DNA of 64,000 nt from an uncultured Myxococcales bacterium (GTDB lineage Bacteria > Myxococcota > UBA4151), in NCBI GenBank assembly GCA_964013405.1, contig CAXGWI010000005.1, positions 1-64,000 on the forward strand. Reading direction: 5' to 3'. This document shows positions 6,110 through 16,205 of the stretch, piece by piece (the stretch's first letter is position 1; the number at the start of each line of letters is the position of its first letter). A model generated the notes under the pieces. The model did no database searches. It had not been told where the DNA came from and saw only the letters and a list, made by a program, of their open reading frames with translations. A program made the translations under genes and the position numbers.

Positions 6110-8097
6110 TGCGTCTTCTCCTCGTCATGACCGCCTTAAGCCTCGCCACCCCGGCGGCGGCTTGGCAGGCGCAGATCGGCAAGTGGAGCCTCGATGGCTC
6201 GCCCAACATCGCCTACCGCGTGAACACCCGCGGGGCTCCCGGCATCGCCGGCGACTCGGATCTGCAAGCCATTCGAAACTCCTTCGACAGTTGGAGTGGT
6301 GTGAGTTGCTCCACCATCAACCTGGTGGAGTCTGGGACCACGAACAATTTACCCAACGCCCGCCGGGACAACGTGAACAATGTTTGGTTTGAAACCCGTG
6401 CCAATGCTTGGAGTTATGGCTCCGGCACCCTGGGCATCACCGGGACCTCCTTCTCGGGCTTTGGTTGTCGGGGCAATGGTCGGCCCGCTCGGGATTGCTG
6501 GATCGTCGATGCCGATGTGCAGTTCAATGCGGTGCAACACGCAGACGGCTGGAGCACCAACGGGCGCGGCGGCTTGGACGTGGAGTCCATCTCCGTCCAT
6601 GAGATCGGGCACAGTCTCGGCCTCGATCACCCCTGCGAAAACTGCACCGTCGATGCGGTGATGACCCCGTCGTATGTGGGCTATCCCTTTCGCTATCCCC
6701 GCCAGGATGACACCAACGCCGTTTGCAGTCTTTATCCCGGTGAGCGGGGCGGCCTCGGTTGGGGCTGCAACCGAGACTCCGACTGCAATTCCCGTATTTG
6801 CCTGGATGACGGTTCCAACGATTACTGCACCGTGACCTGTGGGAACTGCCCGGACGGCTACGAGTGTCGGGCCGACAATGGTCGCAATGTCTGCCAACGG
6901 GCGGCCGCTGGCAGTGGCGCGGCCCAGCAAGGCGAAAGCTGTGCTGGCGGTCGGGCCTGCGGACCGGGCCTGCTGTGCCTGGGCGATCAAAACGACGCCA
7001 CCTGCTATGCCGAGTGCGACCGGGGCAATTGCGAGGCCGGCTTTATTTGCGAAACCTTCTCATCCAATGGGCAAAACATCTCCATTTGCTTGCCCGGTGG
7101 CACCACTGCTGAAGGGGAGCCATGCGATTCGCTGTATGCCTGCGCGGCGGGCCTGGAATGCGCCCCTGTGGGTCGTAGCTATGTTTGTGCCAGAGGCTGC
7201 CGGAGCGACAGCGATTGCAACGAGCGCGAGAACTGTCAGGAGTTGACCCGGCCCGGCATCGACACGGTCCAGGTCTGTGTGGAGTCCAACACCGCCCTCG
7301 AAGGGGAGAGTTGTCAGCGTAAGCGTTGCGCCGATGGTCTGACCTGCTTGAGTGATGCGGGCGAACGGCTTTGCTTTCGCAACTGTCGCAGTCGGGCCGA
7401 CTGCAGCTCGGGCCTCGACTGCATCGAGATCAGCGATACGATCTCCATCTGCTATGCCAACAACTGCACCGAAGACCGGGACTGCGAGCGGGGTAAAATC
7501 TGCCTCGAAGGCAGTTGCGTGGACGAGACCGGTGGCTGCCGAGCCGATACCGAATGCCGCCGGGGTGAGCTCTGTGAAAACGGTGAATGCACGCCCTTCG
7601 AAAGCAATGGTGATCTGCCGGACAACGAACGCTGCGCCGACGATGGCGACTGCGTGTCGGGTCGCTGTGCAGCCATTGGCTCCACTCGGGTTTGTCGCCC
7701 CGGCTGCGATCGCCGCCTGGGGCACTTCGAATGCCCCGAGGGCTTTGGCTGCATCCCCGACGATGAAGGCAATGGCTATTGCGAGCGCGGCGCCGACGAA
7801 GGGGGCCAAAGCATCGGTAGCCCCTGCAGCAGCGCCATCGAATGCCGCCAAGGCATCTGTGGCAGCGACTGGGGCTTTGGTGGCGAATGTCTCACCTGGT
7901 GTGGCGAGAACTTCATCTGTCCCACGGGCTATCTCTGCGATTCGGCCAACAACCCCATGCCCGGGCTCTGTGTGCCCGAAGGGGGCGGTGTCGCCCCCGG
8001 TCTGGCCTGTGCCTGTGAGGGCACGACACCGGACTTCTGGTTCATGGGATTAGGACTGCTCGCAGTGCTCGGTTGGCGTCGCCGCCGCTCAGCCTAA
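6109..8097 (+). CDS. Matrixin (M10) zinc metalloprotease with long Cys-rich region and MYXO-CTERM-like anchor
   Basis: HEIGHSLGLDH, AVMTP Met-turn, many C..D.DC repeats, ACAC...LGLLAVLGWRRRR tail. Confidence 0.9.
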   Translation: MRLLLVMTALSLATPAAAWQAQIGKWSLDGSPNIAYRVNTRGAPGIAGDSDLQAIRNSFDSWSGVSCSTINLVESGTTNNLPNARRDNVNNVWFETRANAWSYGSGTLGITGTSFSGFGCRGNGRPARDCWIVDADVQFNAVQHADGWSTNGRGGLDVESISVHEIGHSLGLDHPCENCTVDAVMTPSYVGYPFRYPRQDDTNAVCSLYPGERGGLGWGCNRDSDCNSRICLDDGSNDYCTVTCGNCPDGYECRADNGRNVCQRAAAGSGAAQQGESCAGGRACGPGLLCLGDQNDATCYAECDRGNCEAGFICETFSSNGQNISICLPGGTTAEGEPCDSLYACAAGLECAPVGRSYVCARGCRSDSDCNERENCQELTRPGIDTVQVCVESNTALEGESCQRKRCADGLTCLSDAGERLCFRNCRSRADCSSGLDCIEISDTISICYANNCTEDRDCERGKICLEGSCVDETGGCRADTECRRGELCENGECTPFESNGDLPDNERCADDGDCVSGRCAAIGSTRVCRPGCDRRLGHFECPEGFGCIPDDEGNGYCERGADEGGQSIGSPCSSAIECRQGICGSDWGFGGECLTWCGENFICPTGYLCDSANNPMPGLCVPEGGGVAPGLACACEGTTPDFWFMGLGLLAVLGWRRRRSA

Positions 8098-9501
8098 GCG
8101 TTCACGAGCCCAAGCCGCCGCTCGCTTGCCGTGGAGTAAGGCGTCTTCCATGGCGCTGTACTCCCAGTTGCCGTAGCGCCCCGCGCTCAGGACCGACTGG
8201 GATTCCAGCCAGCCGACCAGAAGGTCCCGTGCGGCACCATGGTGGTCATCATTGAGCACATAGGCGTGGGCGATGGACTCACCCCAGCACTCGAGGATGG
8301 AGTCTGGACCGTCGATGAGGCCGGCCTCGGTGAGCCCCGTCGCCACGGCATCGAAGTGATCCATGGGGTCAAAGCCTCCCCGGTGGGCGAACTCCACATA
8401 GAAGTTGCGGGTGGCACCATCGGTCATGTTGGGCTCCACCGCGGAGAAACTGCCCACCCGGTAAAAGGGAAAGCGGGCTTCGGGGAAATAGGTCCAATGG
8501 GGCTGTCCGGCCCCGTCCCATGGACCCTTCTGGTCGTGATTGCTGCCTTTGGCCAAGACATCGAGATGGGCCACAAAGGTCGACTGCAGCCGTGATCTCG
8601 CCTCAGCCACCGCCTCGGGCAGCGGCGCGACCCGAGCGGCCAAATCGATGGCGACGGGCAGGGGGAGGCTGGTGAGCAGGGTTTGATAATGGGTCCAGAC
8701 CCCATCGGCTCGTTGTACCCGCTTGTTTTCGAGGTCGATGGCCGTGATCTCGACACCCAACTCGATGGGTGCATCCGTCGATCGCCGCACCGCATCGGCC
8801 AACTCTTGAATCCCCCGGCCCGAGGGGGGGTAGAGGAAGTGGGCATTGTAACCCAGGGCTTCCCGGGAGGCCCCCACCGCACCGGCGATCACATCCTCGA
8901 CTTTTGGCACCGGGATGTATCGGTCGCACCAGCCGGCGCTCAATTCTCGCGGGTGGGTGGTCCAGATTTTTTGATTGTAGGGCACCATGAAATGCTCGGC
9001 GATGCCGGCGCCGAATTTTTGCAGGATCCAGTCCTCAAAGGTCTCCGGCTCAGGGCGCGTCCGCGGGGCATCGCTTGATTCTAAATCGTGAAGACGGGCA
9101 TCGACGAAGCCTTGGAGGCACTCCCTCGCAACGGTCGGCGGCAAGCCGAAGGTGTTGGCCTGAAAAGGGTAGAGGGTGTAGACGCCATGGCTGAAAATCC
9201 GCGCCTTGCGGTCGTGTTTTTGCAAGGTGAGTCCCGGCAGTTTCGGCACCCATTCCAACATGTAGGGATCCCGCAAATGCAGCCAGTGGCCGGTGATGTC
9301 GAAGCGTGCCCCTTGCCGTTCTCGGGTCCGGGCTTTGCCCCCCACTTGGTTTAAGGATTCGAGGACACGGGCCCCTTCTCCGAAGTGGGCAGCCGCCGAC
9401 AGTCCGGTCAAGCCGGCACCTAAAATCAAAAAGGGCTGTTGATCCAAGGGTCGACCTTTGCTTGCTAAGCGGCCAGCGCCCTGTAGAACAAAGGCAAGCA
9501 T
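8089..9501 (-). CDS. FAD-dependent oxidoreductase (protoporphyrinogen oxidase / UDP-galactopyranose mutase-like superfamily)
   Basis: ILGAGLTGLSAA, VGG..RT, FDITGHWLH, YNQKIW, GRYGNWEY..ME. Start is uncertain. Confidence 0.82.
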   Translation of the reverse strand: MLAFVLQGAGRLASKGRPLDQQPFLILGAGLTGLSAAAHFGEGARVLESLNQVGGKARTRERQGARFDITGHWLHLRDPYMLEWVPKLPGLTLQKHDRKARIFSHGVYTLYPFQANTFGLPPTVARECLQGFVDARLHDLESSDAPRTRPEPETFEDWILQKFGAGIAEHFMVPYNQKIWTTHPRELSAGWCDRYIPVPKVEDVIAGAVGASREALGYNAHFLYPPSGRGIQELADAVRRSTDAPIELGVEITAIDLENKRVQRADGVWTHYQTLLTSLPLPVAIDLAARVAPLPEAVAEARSRLQSTFVAHLDVLAKGSNHDQKGPWDGAGQPHWTYFPEARFPFYRVGSFSAVEPNMTDGATRNFYVEFAHRGGFDPMDHFDAVATGLTEAGLIDGPDSILECWGESIAHAYVLNDDHHGAARDLLVGWLESQSVLSAGRYGNWEYSAMEDALLHGKRAAAWARERLG

Positions 9502-9526
9502 CCCGCCAAGCACCCGAGGACGTGAA

Positions 9527-10234
9527 GTGGATCTAAGCGTTGTCATTCCGGTCTATAACGAGGAGGCCATCCTCGAAGAGGCCCTCGTTGGCCTCTTTGA
9601 AGACCTCTCCGCCCATGCCGGTGACTATGAGGTGATTCTGTCCATGAATGGCTGCGTGGATCAAACCGAAGCCATCGCAGAGCGCTTGGCGAAGGCAGAG
9701 CCTCGGTTGCAACTTCATCGCTGTCCCACCCCCGACTACGGCCAGGCCTTGAAAGAGGGCATCGAACGAGCCCGGGGTGCGCTGGTGATCTGCGAAGAGA
9801 TCGATCTGTGTGATGACCGCTTTCATCGCACCGCCCTTGCGATGCTGTTGGCCGATCCGGAGTTGGACATGGTCGTGGGCTCCAAAGCCCTCCAGGGCGC
9901 CCGGGATCAGCGCCCTTGGACCCGCCGCATGGCCACCCGCATCCTCAATCGTATGCTCCGGGCCGCCACCGGTTGGCGGGGCACCGATACCCATGGCTTG
10001 AAGGCCCTGCGCCGAGAACGCCTGTTGCCCGTGATCTCCCGCTGTGAGCTTCGAGCGGATCTCTTCGCCAGCGAGATGGTCATTCGGGCCAACCTCGATG
10101 GCCTGCGTGTGGTGGAATATCCCATCGAGTTGATGGAAAAACGCCCCCCCAGCGTCGCGCTGGTGCGCCGGGTCCCGAAGGTCCTGACGGGCATGGTGAA
10201 ACTGGCCACGGCCGTGCGCCGACGGGGCGACTAG
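9527..10234 (+). CDS. Glycosyltransferase family 2 (polyprenol-phosphate glycosyltransferase-like)
   Basis: LSVVIPVYNEE, YGQALKEG, DTHGLK. GTG start with GAGGA RBS. Confidence 0.88.
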   Translation: MDLSVVIPVYNEEAILEEALVGLFEDLSAHAGDYEVILSMNGCVDQTEAIAERLAKAEPRLQLHRCPTPDYGQALKEGIERARGALVICEEIDLCDDRFHRTALAMLLADPELDMVVGSKALQGARDQRPWTRRMATRILNRMLRAATGWRGTDTHGLKALRRERLLPVISRCELRADLFASEMVIRANLDGLRVVEYPIELMEKRPPSVALVRRVPKVLTGMVKLATAVRRRGD

Positions 10235-11535
10235 TCGCTGTCTTTCAGGCGACGATAAATCGTCCGCACCCCAAGACCTAAGGCCTTCGCAGCCTGTTCC
10301 CGGTTGCCGTTGTAGCGATGGAGCGTCCATCGGATCACCTCGGACTCGATCCGCTTCATATCCCAGTCGGGCAGGATCTGGAGCCCGGCTTCGGCCCCCG
10401 GTGCACGGGGGCTGCCGAAGTCCTCGGGCAAGGCATCCAAGGCCTCGCCGGGATGGAGGGCACAAAGACGGGCACAATAATGACGCAGTTGGCGAATGTT
10501 GCCGGGCCAGGCCTGCTTTTGCAGGGACTCCAAAGCCTGGGGCCCCAGCTTCGGTGCGCTGGTACCCCCTTGCTGTTCGAGGAAATGGGCCACCAGCAAG
10601 GGGATGTCATCCCGCCGTTCGGCCAGCCGGGGGATGGTCAAGGTCGCGCCGGCGAGCCGGTAGTAGAGATCCTCCCGCAGGCGCTCACCCACCTCCCGGT
10701 TGGTGGCGCTGACAACCCGCACATCGACAGCGATGGGTTGATTGCTGCCCAGGGGCGTCACCTCACCGTTCTCAAGAATGCGCAGCAGTTTCGCCTGCAC
10801 GCTCATGGGCATCTCGCCGATCTCGTCGAGAAACAAGGTGCCGCCGTCGGCCTCCTGGAAGCGGCCGATTCGCTTGCGGTCGGCCCCCGTAAAGGCCCCC
10901 CGGGTGTGACCGAACAACTCGCTCTCAAGAAGGCTTTCGGGGATGGCCGCGCAATTGATGGCCACGAAGGGCTTGGTGCCCCGGGGGCCGCCGTAGTGCA
11001 GGGCCCGGGCTGCCAACTCTTTGCCGCTGCCACTGTCCCCTTGAATCAGGATCGGGAGATCGGAGGGGGCGAGGCGGTCCAATTGTTGTCGCAACTGGTC
11101 CACAGCCGCACTGGCACCGAGAATCTCACTGCCGCTCTTTTGCGCCACCTGGTGGCGCAGCCGCTCCACCTCGCTGCGCATTCGGACCCGCTCGCCGGCC
11201 CGGCGGACCGTCTCCACCATCAAGTCGGGATCGAGGGGTTTGGTCAGGAAGTGGAAGGCGCCATCGCCCATGGCCCGGGCCGCCACATCGGCCGTGCCGT
11301 AGGCGGTCATCAACACCAGCTCAGGGGCGGCCCGCTCGCTCTTCAAGGTGCTCAGCAAATCGAGGCCGTCCATGCCAGGCAGCATCAAATCGGTGAGCAC
11401 CACCTCGCAAGGAGGACGGGCGGCCAGATAGTCTTCGGCCCGTTCAAATGCGGTCACGTCGAAGCCGGCCCGGGCCAGGATGGCGGCGGCGACTCGACGC
11501 CCCCCCGGGTCGTCCTCTACCAGGCTGACGCGCAA
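10231..11535 (-). CDS. Sigma-54-dependent response regulator (NtrC family)
   Basis: Receiver domain (VEDD, TDL, TA, KP), GDSGSGKE, GAFTGA, LFLDEIGE, WPGNIRQL, Fis-type HTH. Confidence 0.95.
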   Translation of the reverse strand: MRVSLVEDDPGGRRVAAAILARAGFDVTAFERAEDYLAARPPCEVVLTDLMLPGMDGLDLLSTLKSERAAPELVLMTAYGTADVAARAMGDGAFHFLTKPLDPDLMVETVRRAGERVRMRSEVERLRHQVAQKSGSEILGASAAVDQLRQQLDRLAPSDLPILIQGDSGSGKELAARALHYGGPRGTKPFVAINCAAIPESLLESELFGHTRGAFTGADRKRIGRFQEADGGTLFLDEIGEMPMSVQAKLLRILENGEVTPLGSNQPIAVDVRVVSATNREVGERLREDLYYRLAGATLTIPRLAERRDDIPLLVAHFLEQQGGTSAPKLGPQALESLQKQAWPGNIRQLRHYCARLCALHPGEALDALPEDFGSPRAPGAEAGLQILPDWDMKRIESEVIRWTLHRYNGNREQAAKALGLGVRTIYRRLKDSD

Positions 11536-11592
11536 GGCTTGTTCTCCCCTCTAAAGCTGGTGCAGTCTTCGTACGAAAAGGGGACTTAGTCC

Positions 11593-13080
11593 ATGGGCAA
11601 ACTGCCCTTCGGTCCGGTGATTGCTGCGAGCCTTAGTGGGCCCGGATCTTCCCTACAGTTCGCAGATCACCAGCGCCGGGACCAACCGGAAGCGGGGAGC
11701 CTCGATGCTGCCCATTTCTTGCTGGTGGTGGCCGAGCGCGCCGTCCTGCATTCGGTGCAGCGGGCCGGCCATCGGCCCAGTCGCTGCGTTGTCCTTGCCG
11801 AGCAACAACAGTTGCTGGAGCGGGCCGGTGCCGATCCGGTCAAGCCCCCGGCCGCCAGCCTGCCCCCCGAGCAGATCCATGGGCTGCTGCAGCGCATCGC
11901 CCCGGATTTGGCCCGTTATGGACTCACCGGGGTGTCCCGCTTGGAGGCGGACTTTGCCCCGGTTCTGGAGGCCATGGAGGCCCGGGGCCTGCCCTTGGAC
12001 GTGCCCGCCTGGCGGCAGGTGCTCGCCGAGGCTGAGGGCCGGGCTGCGGCCGCCCGCACCCGACTCGGGGCCTCTGTGGGTACGGATTTAACCGGCAATC
12101 CGAACCTGGAGCCCGGCGAGCGAGGCCGTATTCTGGCCTGGTTTCAAGCCGAGGGTTACCCCATCCAGTCCACCTCGAAACACGCCCTCGGGGGCCTCGA
12201 TCATCCCGCGGCCAAGGCCCTGCTGGACTGGCGGGAGGCCGCCAAACTCACCAGCACCTACGAGGGCTATCTCGACCGCCTGGCCGGAGGGCGTATCTTT
12301 GGTCGCTTTCAAGGCCTGGGCGCGGCCAGTGGGCGCATGAGCTGCGGTCACCCTAATCTGCAAAACATCCCGGCCCGTCTCCGGCCCTGCGTCCGGGCCC
12401 CGGAGGGGCGGGTCTTGGTCAGCGCAGACTATTCGGGCTGCGAGCTGCGCATCGTCGCCGCCCTGTCCCGAGACGAGGCCCTCATCGAAGCCCTCCTCGA
12501 AGCCGACTTTCACTCGGCCGTGGCCCGCCGGCTTTTTAATCAGCCGGTCTCCAAAACCGAAAACCCCGAGCTTCGACACCAGGCGAAGGGCATCAACTTT
12601 GGCCTGCTCTACGGCATGGGGGCCAAGTCCTTGGGTCAGGATCTAGGCATCAGCACCTCCGAGGCCCGGGCTTTGATGGACCGTTATTTTGAGGGCTTTC
12701 CCCGCCTGGCCCAGTGGCGAAAAGAAGCCCTCGAAGCCCCCAAGCAGCAGGGCTTTTTGCGGACTCGACTCGGCCGTCGCCTCGCCGTGGATCGGCAACG
12801 GGACATCGGGCCCTTAGCCCTGAACTTTCCGGTTCAAGGAGGCGGGGCAGACTTGATCAAACGGGCGGCAGTCCGGGTGGAGCAGGGCCTCGCAAAAGCG
12901 GGTCTCGATGGCCAGTTGGTCAACATGATTCACGACGAACTTCTCCTCGAAGCCTCCGCGCCCGATGGGCAAGCGGTGGCCGAGTTGGTCAAGGGGGAGA
13001 TGATCACCGCCGGGGCCGAGTTGTTCAAGGAAGTCCCGATGGCCGTCGACGCCGCCGTCTCGGCGAACTGGGCCCACTAG
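11593..13080 (+). CDS. Family A DNA polymerase, polymerase domain only (495 aa)
   Basis: SGRMSC..PNLQNIP, motif A ADYSGCELR, motif B RHQAKGINFGLLYG, NFPVQG, motif C IHDEL. Confidence 0.92.
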   Translation: MGKLPFGPVIAASLSGPGSSLQFADHQRRDQPEAGSLDAAHFLLVVAERAVLHSVQRAGHRPSRCVVLAEQQQLLERAGADPVKPPAASLPPEQIHGLLQRIAPDLARYGLTGVSRLEADFAPVLEAMEARGLPLDVPAWRQVLAEAEGRAAAARTRLGASVGTDLTGNPNLEPGERGRILAWFQAEGYPIQSTSKHALGGLDHPAAKALLDWREAAKLTSTYEGYLDRLAGGRIFGRFQGLGAASGRMSCGHPNLQNIPARLRPCVRAPEGRVLVSADYSGCELRIVAALSRDEALIEALLEADFHSAVARRLFNQPVSKTENPELRHQAKGINFGLLYGMGAKSLGQDLGISTSEARALMDRYFEGFPRLAQWRKEALEAPKQQGFLRTRLGRRLAVDRQRDIGPLALNFPVQGGGADLIKRAAVRVEQGLAKAGLDGQLVNMIHDELLLEASAPDGQAVAELVKGEMITAGAELFKEVPMAVDAAVSANWAH

Positions 13081-13151
13081 TCGTTCTTTTCGTTTGAGCC
13101 TTCGGTCCCTTGTGTCGTTGGGGTCCGTAGGACCCTTTTTTGCAAAGGGTC

Positions 13152-15482
13152 ATGACAAGGAGCTCACCCCTGATGTCCCAACCCCAACCGACGCGAATTC
13201 TCCAGTCCATCTACGACGAGTCCCAGCGGCTCTGTGCGGAGGTGGGTCGGCGCCATGACCCCCACAGCTTTTATGTGCTCATGGCCTTGTTCACCGTGGA
13301 GAATCAGGCCGGTCATCTGCTGCGCTTGTCCGGCTTCTCCGAGGACATCCTGCTCGACAACTTCCCCAACGACTGGAGTGAGCAAGAAGGGGCCCTCGGG
13401 CGCCTGCAGGCCGATTGCACCGAGCTGGCCCACCGCATGGGCGATGATCGGGTGAACTCCCTCCATCTGCTCTTCGCCCTCGCCACCGACGAAGAGGGCC
13501 GGGCCCGGGAAGCCCTGCAGCGCAGCGGCCTCCAGATCGGTGTTAGCCTCGCCAAAGTCCTCGATCGCTGCGAACGGGTGCTGGTGCGGGCTCAAAGGGG
13601 CCAAAGTCGCATGGGCAGCGTCCCCGAAGCGAAGGTTGCCCACGGCGCCACAAGAACCCGCCCGCCGGTGGCCCGCACCCTGCCGCCGATGGTGGCGCCG
13701 GGCGAAGAGTATAAGACCCTCGCGCCCCAGTGGGTCGAGCCCGAACAGAGCCCGACACCCACTCTGGACAAGCTCTGCGAAGACATGACCGCCCTGGCCT
13801 TGACCGGGGCCATCAGCCCCATCGTTGGCCGGGGGCAGGAGTTAGAAAAAATCCTCGATATTCTCGGCAAGAGGCGCAGCAACAATCCGGTGATCGTCGG
13901 CCCCCCCGGGGTGGGGAAGACCGCCCTGGTCGAGGGCCTCGCCTACCGGCTTCAGGAGGCCGGCGATGAGCGGCGCATTCTGGGGCTCGACGTGGGGCGA
14001 CTGCTGGCCGGAACCGGTCTGCGGGGCTCCCTCTCCGATCGGCTCGGCCGCTTGCGCCAAGAGATCCAGGACAGCGATCAGGCCGTGGTGCTCTTCATCG
14101 ATGAGATTCACGGTCTGCTCGGTTCCGGCGAGGGGGTGAATCAGGAGATCGCCGGCGAGTTGAAGGCCGCCCTCGCCCGGGGGCAATTGCCCTGCATCGG
14201 CGCCACCACCGAGGACGAATACCGCATGGTCTTCGCCAAAGACCCGGCCTTGTCCCGCCGCTTCAGTCCCGTCTTCATCGCCGAGCCCAGCAAGGAGGAA
14301 GCCTTTCAGATGCTTCAGGGCTCGGCCTCGGCCTATGGCTGCCACCACGGCTTGGAATTGCCCGACGACGCCCTGCGGGCCGCTGTCGATCTCTCCCATC
14401 GTTATCTGGACGAGGGGCAGCTGCCGGCCAAGGCCTTCGACCTCCTCGACCTGGCGGCCAGTCGAGCTCAACGTACGGGGGCCACAGCCCTCAGCGTCGA
14501 AGCCGTCGCCGGGGTGGTGGCCGAGCGGGCCCGGATGCCCATCGAGCGGTTGCTGGGCGGCGACGAAGAAAAACTCCTGCAGTTCGAAGCCGAGTTGGCC
14601 CAGCGGGTCGTCGGTCACGATGAAGCGCTCCACAAGATCGCCACCACCCTGCGGCGCAATCGGGCCGGCTTCGGTGGCGACAAGCCCATCGGCTCCTTCT
14701 TACTTCTGGGGCCCACCGGCGTGGGCAAGACGGAGGTGGCCCGAGCCACGGCCGAGGCGCTCTTTGGTCGCCACGACGACATGCTGCGCTTCGACATGGG
14801 GGAGTTCACCGAAGCCCACAGCGTGGCTCGCTTGATCGGCGCACCCCCCGGCTACGTCGGCCACGAAGAAGGAGGCCAACTCACCGAAGGTATTCGCCGC
14901 CGCCCCTACCGAGTCCTGCTCTTCGACGAGATCGAAAAGGGCCACCCCGATGTTTTACAAGTCCTCCTCGCGCTCCTCGATGAAGGTCGAGTCAGCGACT
15001 CCCGGGGCTTTACGGTCGATGCCCGCCACTGCGTGGTCTTTCTCACCTCCAACTTGGGAGCCCGCCGGGCGACCCAGCGGAGCGTTGGTTTCGGCGGTGG
15101 CTCCCGGGATGTGGGAGGCGATGTCCTGGCGGAGGCGAAGCGCAAGTTGCCCCCCGAGTTCTTCAATCGCTTGGACGAAGTCCTCGCCTTTGAGCCCCTG
15201 ACGCCGGCCGAGGCCCGGGCCATCGCCGAGCGCCTGATGGAGGCCTCCCTTGACCGCTTCCACGAGCATCGTCGGATCACCGTCGACGTGGAAGAGCGCG
15301 TCTTCGATTGGTTGGTGGAGGAGGGCTATTCGGAGGCTGATGGGGCCCGACCCATGCGACGGACGGTGCAGAATGTCCTCGAGTCGGCCCTGGCAGAAGC
15401 GGTCTTAAAGGGCGACTTGGCCGACGGTGGCGAGGCCCAACTGGTGCTCGGCGCCACCGGGCCTGAGGTCCGATGCGCCTAG
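13152..15482 (+). CDS. Clp protease ATP-binding subunit (ClpA-like Hsp100)
   Basis: Clp-N repeats, two AAA+ modules (GPPGVGKT, GPTGVGKT), GAPPGYVG, VGF ClpP-docking-type loop, no middle coiled coil. Start is uncertain. Confidence 0.92.
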   Translation: MTRSSPLMSQPQPTRILQSIYDESQRLCAEVGRRHDPHSFYVLMALFTVENQAGHLLRLSGFSEDILLDNFPNDWSEQEGALGRLQADCTELAHRMGDDRVNSLHLLFALATDEEGRAREALQRSGLQIGVSLAKVLDRCERVLVRAQRGQSRMGSVPEAKVAHGATRTRPPVARTLPPMVAPGEEYKTLAPQWVEPEQSPTPTLDKLCEDMTALALTGAISPIVGRGQELEKILDILGKRRSNNPVIVGPPGVGKTALVEGLAYRLQEAGDERRILGLDVGRLLAGTGLRGSLSDRLGRLRQEIQDSDQAVVLFIDEIHGLLGSGEGVNQEIAGELKAALARGQLPCIGATTEDEYRMVFAKDPALSRRFSPVFIAEPSKEEAFQMLQGSASAYGCHHGLELPDDALRAAVDLSHRYLDEGQLPAKAFDLLDLAASRAQRTGATALSVEAVAGVVAERARMPIERLLGGDEEKLLQFEAELAQRVVGHDEALHKIATTLRRNRAGFGGDKPIGSFLLLGPTGVGKTEVARATAEALFGRHDDMLRFDMGEFTEAHSVARLIGAPPGYVGHEEGGQLTEGIRRRPYRVLLFDEIEKGHPDVLQVLLALLDEGRVSDSRGFTVDARHCVVFLTSNLGARRATQRSVGFGGGSRDVGGDVLAEAKRKLPPEFFNRLDEVLAFEPLTPAEARAIAERLMEASLDRFHEHRRITVDVEERVFDWLVEEGYSEADGARPMRRTVQNVLESALAEAVLKGDLADGGEAQLVLGATGPEVRCA

Positions 15483-16180
15483 GCGTCGTCGGCCGGGGGC
15501 CGGTCGGGCGCTATTTAGCAGCCCGCCTGGAGCCGGCTTTTTGGACCGGGCGAGAGCTGCTTTTGAGCGAGGGGCTCGACGGGGTCATCCTCGCGGTACC
15601 CGATGGGGCCATCGCCAGCACCGCAGAGCAGGTCGTGGCCCGCTACCGGCCCGGCGCGCTCATCCATTGCAGTGGCGCCACCGCCCTCGACGCCTTGGGC
15701 ACCGAGACCGAGCGGGCCGTCTGGCATCCCATGCGCCCCTTTCCCGTGGGCGAGCATATCGAGACCCTCGATTGTGTGGTGGGGCTGCGGGGTGACGCCC
15801 AATGGGTCGACCGCCTGACCACCTGGAGCCGAGCCTGGGGCGGCAGCCCGGTCTGTCTCAGCGAAGACCAGGCCCTGCGGGTCCACTTGGCCTGCTGCTA
15901 TGCGGCCGGCGCGACGGCCCTCATGACGACCCTGGCTCGCCAACATTTCCTCGCCGCAGGTTTGGCGCCTGAGGCCATGAAGCAGGCCATTCGTGGGCTC
16001 TCCGGGCCGGCCCTCGAAGCCGTGCTCGACCACGGCGCCCAGGCCATCACGGGCCCGGCAAGGCGGGCAGACCATGATGTGATGGCTGCCCACCGTCAGC
16101 TTCAGGATGGGGCTGAGGCGGCCCTTGCTGACGCCCTTTTTGGCCAACTCAAGGCCCTGGGATTGATCCCCCCAAGCTAA
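15473..16180 (+). CDS. Rossmann-like / DUF2520 oxidoreductase
   Basis: VVGRGPVG, LAVPDGAI, IHCSGA, WHPM, TGPARRAD. Confidence 0.85.
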   Translation: MRLGVVGRGPVGRYLAARLEPAFWTGRELLLSEGLDGVILAVPDGAIASTAEQVVARYRPGALIHCSGATALDALGTETERAVWHPMRPFPVGEHIETLDCVVGLRGDAQWVDRLTTWSRAWGGSPVCLSEDQALRVHLACCYAAGATALMTTLARQHFLAAGLAPEAMKQAIRGLSGPALEAVLDHGAQAITGPARRADHDVMAAHRQLQDGAEAALADALFGQLKALGLIPPS

Positions 16181-16205
16181 GGGAAATCCGGTAAGGGGCG
16201 GCGCC

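Noticed and set aside
10318..11589. Long antisense ORFs (this one, also 19711-20901, 36865-38016, 41823-43121)
   Set aside because: They lie fully opposite well-supported genes and are typical high-GC shadow ORFs without motifs.
11593..13080. Prophage signalled by the short family A polymerase
   Set aside because: Flanking genes are cellular (NtrC-type regulator, Clp ATPase), with no helicase, primase, capsid or integrase.
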